A stretch of 64,000 nt of DNA from Xylographa opegraphella (GCA_022813865.1 JALDZX010000038.1:1-64000), one strand, 5' to 3'. Positions 1-12,946 are shown, numbered from the stretch's first letter. The notes: generated by a model not told the origin, from the sequence alone. Numbers and translations are program-made.

Positions 1-259
1 AAATCGCTCACCTATAGCTGTGGTTCTAGGCCTGCTTTTCTGGTGAGATAGCGAGCTGTAACAGATAATATCAAGTTTGATTTTTATTTCAAGTTCAAAT
101 GCGTGTGCCTCGATAATTTTAATCAATCGTTAAAAGACTTCGCGATTATACAATACAGTGAAAAGAATTTTCATAATATTTTCATGTCAAAAAGTCAATC
201 CCGTTTTCCCCACCTTATCATCACTCCCATGTTCTTTCCCGTTTATCATCTCTTCCCAT

Positions 260-1698
260 TTACCATCTCTCCCATGTTCTTTTCCCTCTTCCCTTCTCCG
301 CGTCACCACCCCCCTGGCCATGACCCCAGTCCTCAGACGTTACCGTCGTACTTGTGGTCCGCGTGATACCGCCACGTGTATTCTGATACACGCCCCCTTC
401 CTCGTCTCCCGGGTGAACCAGGTTGACGGTATCCGTGGGGTAGATCTCCTTAGCGCCGGCGTGACCGCTGATATTCTTGGAGTTGCGCCCGACCGAGTGC
501 AATTTGTAGCTACCTTGAATGCCGGCGCTTTTGGAGTTGCTGCTGCTCTGCCCGCGGGTCACGGCGAGGAAGATGGGGCGTAGCGTGGGCAGGTTGGCGG
601 CAATGATCATGATGTTCGGCTCGACGGAAGACCAAATGGCTAGGCCCCCAGACGCATAGGTGTAGTCGGTCACGTCGTAAAGTTCGGGAAGACGGGAGCA
701 TTTGTAGAAGGCGGCGACGGTGGCGCTGGGGATGAAGAGATGAACATTAGTCTGTGAAGTATGTACGTTGTGAGGTAAAGCAGGGGATTTGATTGTGGTA
801 AGGTGAGAAGGCTTTCCCTTTGCTGTGACAAGTATAGGGTTTGAAGAATCATCTGCTTACCCGATACCAAGCCCGAGGACAAAACAGAGACCGATTTTCT
901 TGTTCCGGTTCATCTTTAGGCCGTAAAGAACGAACATAGGCCATACTGCTAGGTACAGATCAAGGCAGCCGGAATAAACTATATTTCCCAAGTCAGCATA
1001 TTCGAATTACTGTAGCGTCTCATGGTTGCCGCTGGATAAAGCGGTCTGGGAGATATCTTCTCACCTCCAGCAAGGATCGAATAGGTCACCAGGATCGTTG
1101 GACTCCAGCAGATAGGTACGAGTGAAGGATCCCAGAGTGCAGCGATAGGATGGCACTGTGTCCACAAAAACACCGCGCAGAGAGCAACGATAATAATACA
1201 ACTGATACTCAGCGAGTATAGAAGAATAATGTGCCGTCTGGTGGGGTTGAGAAGTCGAATCAGGAGGCAAGTGACGGCGAGCTTGGGAATTCCGACAGAC
1301 ACAATACCGAAGATGAATGCAATCAAGCTAATCTTGATTGCGGGAGCTGCATTCTCCGCAAGGTAATACATGTGGCGGCCGTAACCATCATCGATAGCAA
1401 TTGTTATTAGGATCGAGTAAAGTAGAGCAAATAACTGTTGTCCGCAATTTATGTCAGCGAGACGTGCAAGTCACACGACCTCCTGCTACTGCAGATTCTC
1501 TCTATGCAGGGTGATGCTTACCATGGACACCATAATCACAACATCATCTTTCCCGGCATTGTGAGTCATTCTCAGTCGTCCATAGAGTCGACCTCCGCAG
1601 GTGAGGAGGCTGATGGTAGTGAGAGCCCAGGAAGAAGCCAGAATGGTGGGTCCTTGATTGACATCTCCACCCGGAGGTGCCATTGGCGCTTGTGACAT
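260..1698 (-). CDS. Pth11-like (fungal rhodopsin-domain) multi-pass membrane protein, about 376 aa, 4 exons (1698-1522, 1434-1065, 978-861, 725-260)
   Basis: The spliced frame is continuous across GT-AG introns. Family motifs present: 'GRLYGR...GKDD', 'GIPKLAV...LIRL', 'QCHPIAALWD', 'LAIWSSVEPNIMIIAANLPTLRP'. No CFEM domain seen. Confidence 0.85.
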
Positions 1699-3964
1699 TC
1701 TCACGGTGCAGTGAACAAATATGGTGGAGGTTCCGAATGGAGATCTTGAATCAATCTCAGCAACAAATAACGACAACTACCAATGCCCTAAGAAGAAAAT
1801 AACATGTCTCGAAGCAGGGAAAGTGGAAGAGTTTTCGAGCAATGGCAAAATGAATGGCAAGAAGAGCTTTTTGGCGCGAGTTGCAGCAGGAACCGATATA
1901 TACTTGTCGGCCCTGGACTGGATCTGCCTGCAAATCTCCACCAACACGCGTATCTGTGCGTATCTGTTCAATCGAGATGGGGAGAGCGCAATCGCAAGGG
2001 CATGCTAAGGGGAGAGCCCGTTGCCGCAGGATAGAATACTCCCGCGATCGACAGACAGGATGTCAGTACAGTACACTGGTATTTTGTCATGGCTGGTTCG
2101 CTCTAAGATGTCGGCTGAGCCCAACCCTTGCGATAAAGGCATGGAAGGGAAAGTGCCCATGTCCCTCCCTCGTTGCCGGATCTAGCGTGTACCAGGACGA
2201 AGACCGTCGGAGCGTAACGAGAAAGCCTTCCGAGACCTCGGAAAGTAACCGCTGTACGTTGTGAAGCTGAAGCTCTAATTCAGGAACGGAATCCACAGGT
2301 TTGTATCGTGTGAAAACGCGGCGACACTGCAGTAGCGACCAGCCACCACGATCATAAAGGCGTTTTCATCTTTTCAACCTCTATCCTTTTTCAGCAATGC
2401 CAGGCAGTCCGACCAGTAAGCACTGCAGACGAAGGTCAAGCCTAGCCACAGTAGTCGCGGCCACAACACCCGTAAAGTCTCCTAGAGCTCCGGGGAAAGC
2501 GCACGATTATCCGTAGCGTGGAGTATGGCAGTTGAGCTTGCGACCTGGTCCGGACATGTTCGGTATCGACGGTAAGTCTGGCTTATCCAGCGAGTACGCA
2601 TAGATGTGACTAAAAGTTTGATCGAAAAGTCTCCTACTGGGACGAATTGCAGGCCGCAGGCATTGCGCTAAAGCGCTGGCTGAGCGCCAGGTTCAACGGC
2701 CCGCCTCCATGATTATTGTCCCCATCATTCCAACCCGACAGTTCGTTCCGATCGAAAATGAGCACGACTCCCTCCTTCGCTATGTTGAGCTCGTCACTGA
2801 GGACGACGAATTTGCTGGCTGCGTCGCAACATCGGTGTCGGCCAGCATTATCCATCATGGACAAGCCCGAGCGACGAGGATTGGGTTGATTGATGCTGAC
2901 GTCTGCTACTGTACCTGAATCACAAGCCCGAAAGTTAAACCAGTCCATGGTCGAGAAGGTCGCGTAGCCGTGGCTTCAGTCACTAACCTCGAAGGCAGGG
3001 AGTCTCCTAAACCTTCGATTGGGGTCGAGCTCGCTGTCCCCCCTCTGCTAGGTCCGTGCTGGATATCGAATCCTCTCTGTTACGAGGTATCACGACTACC
3101 GTTCTACATCAAAGTGTGAGACTCGGAGCGCAAGTTTCGCAGGTTTTCACCCGGTCTCTCACGCAGTGCTTATGAAGGGTTCGAGGCTACGGAAGTGCCT
3201 GCCACCCACAAGCTCGGCTGCTGCATGTGGCTCTCGCAGTGCCGGAACCATACCAGTCTCATCCTACAGTAGTCCTTGCGCGCTCTGACCAACGGAGAGC
3301 CAGCGGCATCCTGCGAACACGCACTGGATTTCGAGCAGCCAGCCTTGGCATGCAACCACCTGGCTTTGGAGTCGCACACTGAAGTCCCATAACTATTGAC
3401 TTTCGCCCATCCACACCGTGGGCTTGATACTAAATATCGGCTAAGCCGGCCCGCAGGTTGGTGGCGCAAACTATCGAGGAGAAGGGGGACGTAGTATCCT
3501 CCGTACTATGAGTAGCTTCGACGACTTATCGATTGAGGAGCAGACCTGGCCAGGTCGGCCACAAAAGAACCCGCCTCGAACAAGGCTTCGCAACCCTTCG
3601 TCTGGAGCTTAAACCCATATCCATGGTTCCCTGATGCGCTTACCGAGGCATCGCCTGCGACTGCTCGCTTGGAGGGACAGTACCCTGTATGTACATTATG
3701 GACCAGGAGCACAAGGTCTTTCCAGCGCAAACGGTGCCGTGCCAGTGCCCATACCTCCTCCCTCAGCGAAGAAAGCAATCCTGGCTTCGGATAAGTATCA
3801 GTGTTCCGTTTTCCACATCGGTCAGCGTCTCTTTCTGTTCAAGGGGTTGAGGCAATTGAAGGTTTTCATTCCTACGTCGCCCCCGCTCAACAAGAACGAC
3901 TCCTGAGACTCCAGATATACATATTGCTTGGCGTTCCCACTCGCCCCTGTCATAATTCGAAAGT

Positions 3965-5849
3965 ATGAGCTTCAAGGCTCTATCACTGTCAGGAATTCTT
4001 CTGCTCCTCTCGCTTGTCGTGAGTGCAGCCATCTTGAAGCGAGTATACGAAGCCTGCACCAACCCTCTTCGGGATATTCCGGGACCATGGCCGGCAAGGT
4101 TGACTCGGCTTTGGCTGGCAAAAGCTATCGCAGCAGCAGATTTTGAGAAAACAAACATCAAGCTGCACCAAAAATACGGTACCACGTCCAAGTGCGTTGA
4201 GCCTGGGAGAGCAGGCTAACACAACCCTCAGGCCCCGTTGTTCGCATAGCACCCAACGAATACAGCATCGACGACTTTGATGCTGCGCAGGTAATATATA
4301 GACACAGGGACCAATTGCTGAAGGTATGTACGACGCTCCATCTTCTGAGCGTTCAAATTGCTGAACAATTGTGACAGTCACGACGATACTATGCCTGGGG
4401 CCTTCCAACAGGCGAACCCAACACCTTTACCTCCTTAGACATTGAACACCACGCTTACAGGCGCAAGCAAATAAATGCCGCCTACTCGCTTGGCTCGCTA
4501 CTCAACGTCGAGTATCAGGTTGATGGCGTGCTCCAGCATGCCTTAAGCAAAATGGACAACTTTGTCAAGACTGGCGAGTCTGTCGACATAGCCAAGTGGC
4601 TCAATTATTACGCTTTTGATACCATTGGCGCCCTTACGGTACGTATCTTTTTTCCTCCGCGCGTCCTTGAGGTACAGCTGAGAATCCATGTTGACGACCT
4701 ATTCAACAACACAGTTCGGCAAACCCTTCGGGTTCCTTGACAAGGGCGGCGACATTCGAGATGTTATGGGAACCATTCACCTTTACTCTGCGTACGGTGC
4801 CGTAATGGGCATCTACCCCGAGTGGCACAAAACCGTCTTCACCATCCTCTCCATGACCGCTCCCAAGGGTGAAATCGGGCTCGCATACGTTCAGAAGTTT
4901 GCGGCGGACGCCATCAAGGACGCCCTGCAGGATACGCAGAAACTCAACACTGTTTCCATCGTGAAGAATGAGGACGACGAGATCAGCACTCTCAAATACG
5001 ATTACGTGACCACTCTACTCGCGCGGTCCAGGAAAGACCCGCAAAACTTCAAGGAGGACGATATTCTGTACCATGTCATAGGCAATGTTGCTGCAGGTGC
5101 AGAAACGACAGCCATTACGCTTTCAGCCATTTTTTACTATCTCTCGCGGAGTGTGTCGGTACTGGACAAGCTACGCAATGAATTGGATGCATTCATGCAG
5201 AAGCGGGAACCGAAGGGGCCGATACAAATGAAAGAGGCCCTGGAACTCCCATATCTGCAAGCTGTAATCAAGGAGGGTCTGAGGTTGTTTCCCGCTACTG
5301 GGCTCCCAATGCCGAGAGTGGTCCCTCCTGGCGGATTGGACCTTGTCGGTCACCATTTCCCTGAAGGGGTACGTTTTGCTTCTTCGAAACTCTTCGACTG
5401 GTCTTTACCCTGCTCATGTGGTTTGAACTGAGCTAACATACTACCCTCAAATCCCAGACTATTGTTGGAGTGAACTCATGGGTTGCAAACCACAACCAAT
5501 CTGTGTTTGGGATGGACGCCGATGAGTTCCGGCCTGAACGCTGGCTCAGAAGCCCCGCAGAAGTGAACAGGATGGAATTGTACTTCTTTACCGTACGTGT
5601 CTGCCCATATCCTCTCCCTCATCCACAGATCTGCAGTCGGTTAACGTTGCACGCTCTCAATAGTTTGGTCGCGGTCCGCGTATATGTGCTGGGAAGCAGA
5701 TCTCATTGATGGAACTAAGCAAGCTCATCCCAGAACTCGTGCTGAAGTACGATATTACACCTGCAGACCTGAGGCATGACTGGACGGTTAGCAATGGCTG
5801 GTTTGTTCAGCAAAGTGATTACATGTGCAAGATTACTGAAAGGAAATAA
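3965..5849 (+). CDS. Cytochrome P450 (pisatin demethylase-like group), about 513 aa, 6 exons (3965-4178, 4232-4323, 4378-4638, 4715-5368, 5458-5592, 5664-5849)
   Basis: N-terminal TM anchor followed by PGPW, I-helix AGAETT, K-helix EGLR, PERW, and heme motif FGRGPRICAG. All five introns are GT-AG and keep the frame. Confidence 0.93.
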
Positions 5850-5868
5850 CTTATTAAAATCGTTTCAT

Positions 5869-5885
5869 TATATATATATATATAT
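5869..5885. repeat. (TA)8 microsatellite just downstream of the P450 stop
   Basis: Directly visible tatatatatatatatat. Confidence 0.85.
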
Positions 5886-6092
5886 TATTTGTGTAATCTA
5901 TTTCAATGTAAGTGTCGTGACACGTTTACTGTAGTCAGAGTGTACTTCGTAGGTTGGTCATAAGTAAACTTCATGTATGAAGAAATCTAGATTCTGAGCA
6001 TGTACGAACAGTAAAGTGGTCGATAGGGCTGACCGCCGACTAGTGCCGGTGAACCTTACGTGGGGTTGAGAGCCAGACCGTGATATTTTTAT

Positions 6093-6249
6093 CGCGAAAC
6101 GATAAGAATAAAAGCATAAAAGCGTCGGGTAATACATGTATGACAGTGAAAGTAAATATTAACTAATTAGGTATTTCCAAAAATTTACTTTCATTTTCTG
6201 TGTGGTTGTGTAAACAGTGGTCGGAAACATCGATTCTCGGGCTACGCGT
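6093..6249. promoter_or_regulatory. SCB-like (CGCGAAA, 6093-6099) and MCB (ACGCGT, 6244-6249) elements upstream of nbs1
   Basis: Exact motif matches about 220 and 70 bp upstream of the nbs1 ATG. MBF/SBF sites are typical of fungal DNA-repair and S-phase genes. Function is inferred. Confidence 0.45.
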
Positions 6250-6314
6250 TATTTATACCAGTCTCAACCTTATTCTGCCTCCTTGCTTCCAACCAAGTAA
6301 CCCGGACTTACAGC

Positions 6315-8992
6315 ATGTGGACACTAGAATGTGATGGAGACATTTTACAAGGTATCGGTATATTGTAGCGAGCTCAAAGTAAATAAGGATTAACACGAGC
6401 TCTAGGGAAGAAAGTCTGGCTTCGACCAGGGAAGAAATATCTTTTCGGTCGGACGAAAGCCGACAGTAGCAAATATGGTTGGTTGTTCTGCTTGCTTTGA
6501 GACGTTCAGCTATACTCACATTATCAAGCTGGCTTCGTAATCAGCCACAGATCTATCTCTCGCAAGCATTTGACACTATCTGTATCTAATGTTAAGCCTG
6601 GATCTGGTGTAAGTATGATCAATCAGAACCTTGAAGAGATTTCAGTGCTGATCAGGCAGTCGCTTGTACATACGAAATCGGAGCTCAGTCTTCAAGATGA
6701 GAACACTAAACTTGGCACGGAAATTGATGGAGTGAGGATCAAGGGTGAGAAGACGATTCTCAAGAACGATCAGCACATGTTTAAGCTAGGCAGCTACGAG
6801 CATCTTTTCAGGTATGTATCATAACGAGCAATCATGATTTCAATGATTGATCAATCTAGGATTAAGTGGAAGCCAGTGGTATTTTCATTCACCTTCCCCA
6901 CGAAGGACACCAAAGGAGGAAGGGATCCCTTGATTCCTGCCCGGAGTCGGCTTGAAGAACTTGACATCAAGACCATCGTGCCCTACATCGTAGATGCCAC
7001 TACACATGTTGTAGCGGCCAAACGTAATACAGCAAAAGGTCTGCAGGCATTGATCAACGGCAAATACATCGTAGACAATTCGTACCTTGATGCATTGGTT
7101 TATGCTACTACTCCTGGTAATCTTGACGAGCCGGAGAGTGTATCGCCACTCGAAGAAGACTATATGGCAAATTGGCCTTCTCCCAGAGATCACTTGCCAG
7201 CTCCCGGTAGGGAGCCTGGACAGCGTTCAAGCGAGCTTTTTGATCCTAACCCAGACCGAGGAGAGGTCTTTCTGGGCTACACATTTGTGTTCTGCAACCT
7301 CAGACAATTCGAAAACCTCCAAGCCCCAATCAACAATGGCGCCGGCAAGGCACTTTTGTTCACGATTACCAATGGTGAGACATTGCCTGATGAAGTCATC
7401 CGCTATGTAAAGAACGTCGCAGGAGAGAAGGGCCTCGGCGAATTTGAGGATGGAAGTGAAGGAAAAGGTGTGGTCGTAGTCAGGTTCCAGGGCGACAAGG
7501 GCTTCGAAGATTGGGCTATTGAGCTCCAAAATCAAATAGCATTAACCCTAGATCAGCGCTTGGTTGAGCAGAACGAATTCCTGGACGCTATTCTGATGAA
7601 TCATGCTACTAAACTTCGAAGGCCATTGCCGCATGAATATGACAACGACACAATAGCGAACCCACCCATTATTGGTAAGACTCAACCTATATGTCCGATA
7701 TACACTGAGATGTTGTGATTTAGCATCTTCACAGCCAGCGGCGGATTCGCATACACAGCACGAGGCAGTTGGCGGGACCCGGGCGTTTGCGTCGTCAGTG
7801 GTATCTCAAGCTCCTCCCAGGCGAGTTCGGCCACGCGGCAAGATCGTAAGCGCCTTCAAAGGCTTTGAAGATGATTTCGACGAGTCAAAGGTTGTTAGAG
7901 AAGAAAGCTCTGCTGGTGTAAGCTCGAATGTCAAGCGCTTACCTGTGGAAAGCGTCAGCAAAAGCATCGTGGGTTTTGTAGACACCTGAATATCATGATA
8001 ACAGCACTGACCTTATGTAGAATGGTTCATTGCTCGTCGACTCGCAGGTCGACCTGAATTCTCAGGAAGCAGATATTATTGTTACCCAAGAAACAAGCTC
8101 ACGAAAGAGACCGTTAGCATCAGACGAGGAAGATGAGTATGAGAACAACAAGAAGCTTCTACCCGCTGCAGCAGCCATGAAGCGCCGGAGGATTGAGGAG
8201 GAGGAGGAAGCAGAACATAGAGGTTTCCCTATTGAGCCTTCCGTTAATAGGCCTCATATCGGAACAGGCGCTGTAGCGAAGCAACCAAAAGCACGGAAGC
8301 AAATCGATATACAAGAGGTCGTTCGTGAGCGAAGGGAGGCAGAGGAAGCAGCTGCCAGGAGGGACGAGGAAGATTTAAAGACCACAGAAGGTGTAGACAT
8401 CACGCGTATGAAGAATCTCGCGGTTGTGGGGGAAATGGAACTCTATGAACGTAACGACCGACCACCGCGAAAAGGGACCAATGGTCAGAATGGTGAACGA
8501 TGGGATGAAAGATGGAACGGGAGGAAAAACTTCAAGAAGTTTCAACGTCAAGGACAAGGAGAACAGCGGCGACGAGGTCCAAGCGTGATCGTGCCTCTCG
8601 AAGAAGTTAAGAATAAGAGCCATGGCATTGGGGAGGAGTACTGGCTTGAAAGTGAAAAGTCAAAGAGAAAGCGCAAGGAAAAAGAGCGTACAACTCAGTC
8701 ACAAAGCCAACCCTTCATCACTGTACGGAGGACAGAAGAGATACCAGCAGAGCCAGCCAGTGGAACCGAACGCGAAGCCATTGATCTAGAGATGCTAGGA
8801 ACCACGCAGTTGGTGGAAAACAATACTCCCTCCGACTCCGCGAGTGTCCCTTCCCGGACACTGAATGCCAAGAGATCAGCACCTGAAGGGACAAGTAGCC
8901 AGGCCCAGAAAAGACAAAAGGCTTTTGTAAGCCGGCGTTCTGATACCGACAGCGAAGAGGATCTGAAATTTAGATTTAAGAAGAGGAGATGA
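6315..8992 (+). CDS. nbs1: Nibrin/Nbs1 (MRN complex subunit), multi-exon
   Basis: Starts MWTLECDGDILQG. FHA motifs 'LFGR', 'ISRKH', 'TKLGT'; BRCT-like region 'THVV..KRNTAKGLQALI'; Mre11-binding 'KNFKKF'; C-terminal acidic patch plus FxF 'DSEEDLKFRF' (Tel1/ATM-binding type). Confidence 0.9.
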
Positions 8993-9285
8993 GGATGTCC
9001 AATTGGCAGAGATGCTATTCTTGCTACGAAGTGGTATATTGTGCGATTTCTCTGCCGATTGCTGAAGCGGGTGATATGAGATAGTCTAAAAAAATTTGAC
9101 GCAACCATAAAATATCATTAGTACTAACAAATTACAAATCATTTATGCAAAGCTACACGCGTTATGCCGGCTGATTCCCGGAAATAATTGCCTGCTTGCT
9201 CAGTGATATTAGACACCAACCGTTGGAGACCATAGACACCATCTGCGTTATAAGGATCCGTCCATGCTTAGGAGTGGCGCACGAT

Positions 9286-9805
9286 TCAGTCTTCCATTGC
9301 CATCTCTTCCATGGCCTCCACTGCTCTATCCAGCTCTCGAATCCTTTGGCCGACCCTGGCTTTGATCTCCGCACCAACTTCAGGCGTCGAGTTCTGAATG
9401 GCATCATTGAATGCGGCTTTCAGCTTTTGCAACTCTTCCTGGGCGGCCATTCTGTCATCAGCAGCGTATACCGTCTTTTTCTCGGTCTCTTCGGAGGCGA
9501 TTTCGAACTTCATCATGTCAGTCGTGAATATTCGGCACGGTGCAAGGGTCGGTGTACTTCATCTTTTGCTGTGGCGTATCTTGTACATTATTAGTTGGGA
9601 TTCACCAGGCAGGCAAGATACTCTTAGCACACAGTTCTTGAAGCTCTTCTAGCTTTGAATCGGCCTCGGTCTTTGAGGCATAATCCCGCCGTGAGATCGA
9701 CCATGCGCGCCGCTGTGAAGCAGCTTGTACTGATAATTGGGGAATCGCGCGTACAGAATTCCGCAGGTACGTACAGCTTGCACGAAGTAAAGACCTTGTG
9801 ATCAT
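9286..9805 (-). CDS. Small hypothetical protein, probably mitochondrial, coiled-coil, about 138 aa, 3 exons (9805-9633, 9579-9558, 9507-9286)
   Basis: Arg/Ser-rich acid-free N-terminus ending 'RRDYAS' resembles a presequence. Splicing gives a continuous helical 'LEELQELYATAKDEFEIASEETEKK' frame. Confidence 0.75.
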
Positions 9806-9970
9806 GGCAGGATCCGTGCACAAAATGACTTGCTAAGTAGGTAAATTAGGTAAAGTTGAAAGGTTGGGGTGAGAAAGGATTTTGCACGATGACGTGGTTG
9901 CTTGCATTGCTTCGATGGTCAACGTCCACATTTCCTGTAAGCACGCGACTCAAAAAAATCACATTCTGAA

Positions 9971-11101
9971 ATGGTCCTTTTTGGACTTGGCATACTCTTT
10001 GCCTCTGTCGCATTTCTACTCCTGCGAGACCCCAGACCACGATGGCACGATATTATACACAAATGGACTCGGATAAAAGGTGGCGTTGCGGACAAGGGGT
10101 CAGGAGCGCCGAAGGACGAGGACGTGCAAATTGACAGCGGGGCAGCCCATGTCGAAGGGCATCGGAATGCCACCCAGCTATTATCCGATGATCAACTCCA
10201 GTCTGAGAAGCTGAGACAAGATACGAGCAGCTTGAAGAAGAGCTTGCCGTCTCAAGTCACAATTGAAGGATCGACTGTGAGAAACACCCAAACTCCAGCA
10301 CCCACCCTCGTACTGGAGGACGAACATTCTGATGGGCAAGACGAAATCATCATATCTGCACCTCACAGACGCTCACAGGGCTTTTCTTCGTCTACATCGG
10401 CTTCATTGGATGTCCTGCGACCAAGTTTGCAGGAGCATCGGCCAACACCGGCAACGGTGAGTACCGCCGCAGCTCTCAATACCGACCCTATAATGCCTCA
10501 GATTTCTGCAAGGCAGCTTATGCCCCCTCCAGCGGCCCGACCTAAGGCACTCCGTCCACTTCCGACACTGGGCAGTACACTCAACCCGCCGCCCTCAGTT
10601 GCTTCAACGCTTCGAAGTGCACCTTCCAGATCAACCACTGCTGGAAGCACCTCCACATTAGCTGCCACGTCCTCGACGCTTGCGCCGTCCGCTCGTCCTT
10701 CAAGGAAGGTCATCCTTCCAGCCGGTCACTCACCTCTCGATTGGGCACAACTTACCTCGCACCCACCGACGTCCACTTTCTTAAGGGGCGAAGGGGTTCC
10801 GTCGGAGCTTATTCGAGTCACTCCGTCGCAGCTTCGCGAAAACAACGGTCGAAGGGGTAGAGACGCCTGGAGTACGTGGCAAGGCAAAGTCTACAACATT
10901 ACGCCCTACAAGAAGTTTCATCCAGGAGGCGAAGGTGAGCTCATGCGAGGCGCCGGAAAGCCAGGAGTGGCAGAGAAGCTGTTTATGGAGATACATCCGT
11001 GGGTCAACTGGGAAGGAATGCTGGGAGATTGCATGGTGGGAATATTGGTAGGTGAAAATGAAGACATTGGGCAAGAGAGGGATCTGGAAAGCATGGACTG
11101 A
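9971..11101 (+). CDS. Cytochrome b5-like heme/steroid-binding domain protein (Irc21-like C-terminus), 376 aa, intronless
   Basis: N-terminal TM segment, long Pro/Ser linker, then 'RKVILPAGHSPLDW', 'GKVYNITPY..FHPGG', 'FMEIHPWVNW'. Confidence 0.85.
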   Translation: MVLFGLGILFASVAFLLLRDPRPRWHDIIHKWTRIKGGVADKGSGAPKDEDVQIDSGAAHVEGHRNATQLLSDDQLQSEKLRQDTSSLKKSLPSQVTIEGSTVRNTQTPAPTLVLEDEHSDGQDEIIISAPHRRSQGFSSSTSASLDVLRPSLQEHRPTPATVSTAAALNTDPIMPQISARQLMPPPAARPKALRPLPTLGSTLNPPPSVASTLRSAPSRSTTAGSTSTLAATSSTLAPSARPSRKVILPAGHSPLDWAQLTSHPPTSTFLRGEGVPSELIRVTPSQLRENNGRRGRDAWSTWQGKVYNITPYKKFHPGGEGELMRGAGKPGVAEKLFMEIHPWVNWEGMLGDCMVGILVGENEDIGQERDLESMD

Positions 11102-11371
11102 TACCCGGGATGAACGGCGTTACAGGAGTCAATATAGACAGACAATTCGTGGGCGAGCGGTTGGACATTGTACGGCTATGTTGGAAGATTAATGGGCGAG
11201 CAAGATATCAGGGTACATGAATGGTTTTTGGTAGGCACAAATTGTGCGTCAAACTGGTGACAAGCATACGAATGGAAAGATGAATTCGAGTCGCGACAGC
11301 TGCACATGATTTGACTTCAAACTTGTACTTCGAATCCGTATATGTTTCTTATTGATCAAGAGTCAAGAGCT

Positions 11372-12018
11372 TTAGAGCTCATCCTTCTTTACGCCTTGAA
11401 TGCCCATCAACTCTGTCTCGAAAACTGGTTTTCATCGTTAGTATAGTCACCACCCCCTTACAAGAGAAAGGTTATATACCCAGAGTGGAGCCTGCAGGTA
11501 TAGGACCCATTGCCCTCTGACCATAGCCAAATTCCGGCGGAATGGTAAGTTTCCGCTTGTCACCAATGCACATGTCCAAGAGGCCCTCATCCCATCTATA
11601 GTGATCGAATCAGCATCGGGCCTAGCAAGCGGTCATAGACCACATCTTCGCTCCAAATAATCGCAAGCACTCCTCTCATCACTACGCGTGCGTTATCTCC
11701 CACCATTTGCCGGCATTCATTCAGCTCCATTCTCTCTTTTGCGAGTTCCATATCATGGGAAGGGGTATAAGCTTTCTCAGCAGGTACTCACCCCTTGATT
11801 ACCTGTCCTTGACCGACAGTAAAAGACAGCGGTTGGCTACGATCATAACTCGAGTCGAACTTTGACCCGTCACTGGCAAGTGTGCCCAAGTAATGGACGT
11901 CGATTTTATCCCCTCGTTGCGTCTTGCGCGTACACTCCACCTTGTTGGTGTACTCGGTCTGAACTTCGGCTGCAATGGCAAGGGGCAGAAGCGAAAGGAA
12001 GATGGTGAGGAGACGCAT
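11372..12018 (-). CDS. fpr2: ER FKBP-type peptidyl-prolyl isomerase (FKBP2/Fpr2), 3 exons
   Basis: Signal peptide, then '[40 protein letters not shown]'. Ends KKDEL-stop. Confidence 0.92.
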
Positions 12019-12946
12019 AGTGTTTGATAGATTGAAATAGAAAGATCAGAGTTGGGCAACAGATTGCGCATAGGTTGAGGGGTATCGACGGATACGTCCT
12101 AGACGAGCTGTGGCGTTTCAGGAACAGCCGCATGATAGCCACAACTATACGCCACCACCCTCTGTGGTACATTTCAGCCTTTTTCACCGACATGCATATA
12201 ACTTACTTCGACCTTGGCCGAGGAACAGACTTCACCAACTGTTTAAGCATTCCGAACCATGTCAGAGGTATCATGAAACGATCCCCTTGTGCGAATTCGT
12301 GGACGACTCTGTTTATTGACCTTTGCCTATCTTCACTAGATCTCGAAGAAGTTCGATGTGGAAGAAGGCATTCTTGTGTCACGACTATCCAATTACTCGC
12401 CAGGCCAAGTCTGGAGATGAAATCGTGCATTGACATCTTCATATACTACAATCCTATCCTGTGAGACAGTCTGTGATTTGGGCTCGTTGCGTTTGGCAAA
12501 GAACAAATACAGATTGCCACTTTCTGTTATGCTATTCATTTCCTTCGACCTTTTCGATATGTCGGAGTGGAACTTTGATAATCTTGAGTTATGATGCCAT
12601 GATCTCGAGTTGAACGTCGTCTCATGAACTACTTTCAGAGTGTTTTGAACACGCTGTTAGATTTCTTCCACGGTATGGTCCGACCAAACAATCATTTCCA
12701 CAAAGTCTCGTACAGCAAGAAGGACAAACGAGGGGGAAACGAGTAAGGAAGCAGTCCAGAAAGGCGCCTTAAGGATGCAGGTCGGGGATTTTTGGTTACA
12801 TCGAAACAAAGACGTTGAGCCCTGGGGCCAAAGAGGTGGTACTCCTTGTTAAAGAACTTCAAGAAGCCTTACTAGAAATGAGAATGCATGATCTACGGAT
12901 ACCATCACCCATTTCTCAGTCCTTTAGTTTCTGAGAGCAGCCGCCC

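Noticed and set aside
2087..3778. Short ORFs in the Pth11-like/P450 intergenic region
   Set aside because: They could not be joined into a gene model or matched to a family. At most they are decayed relics.
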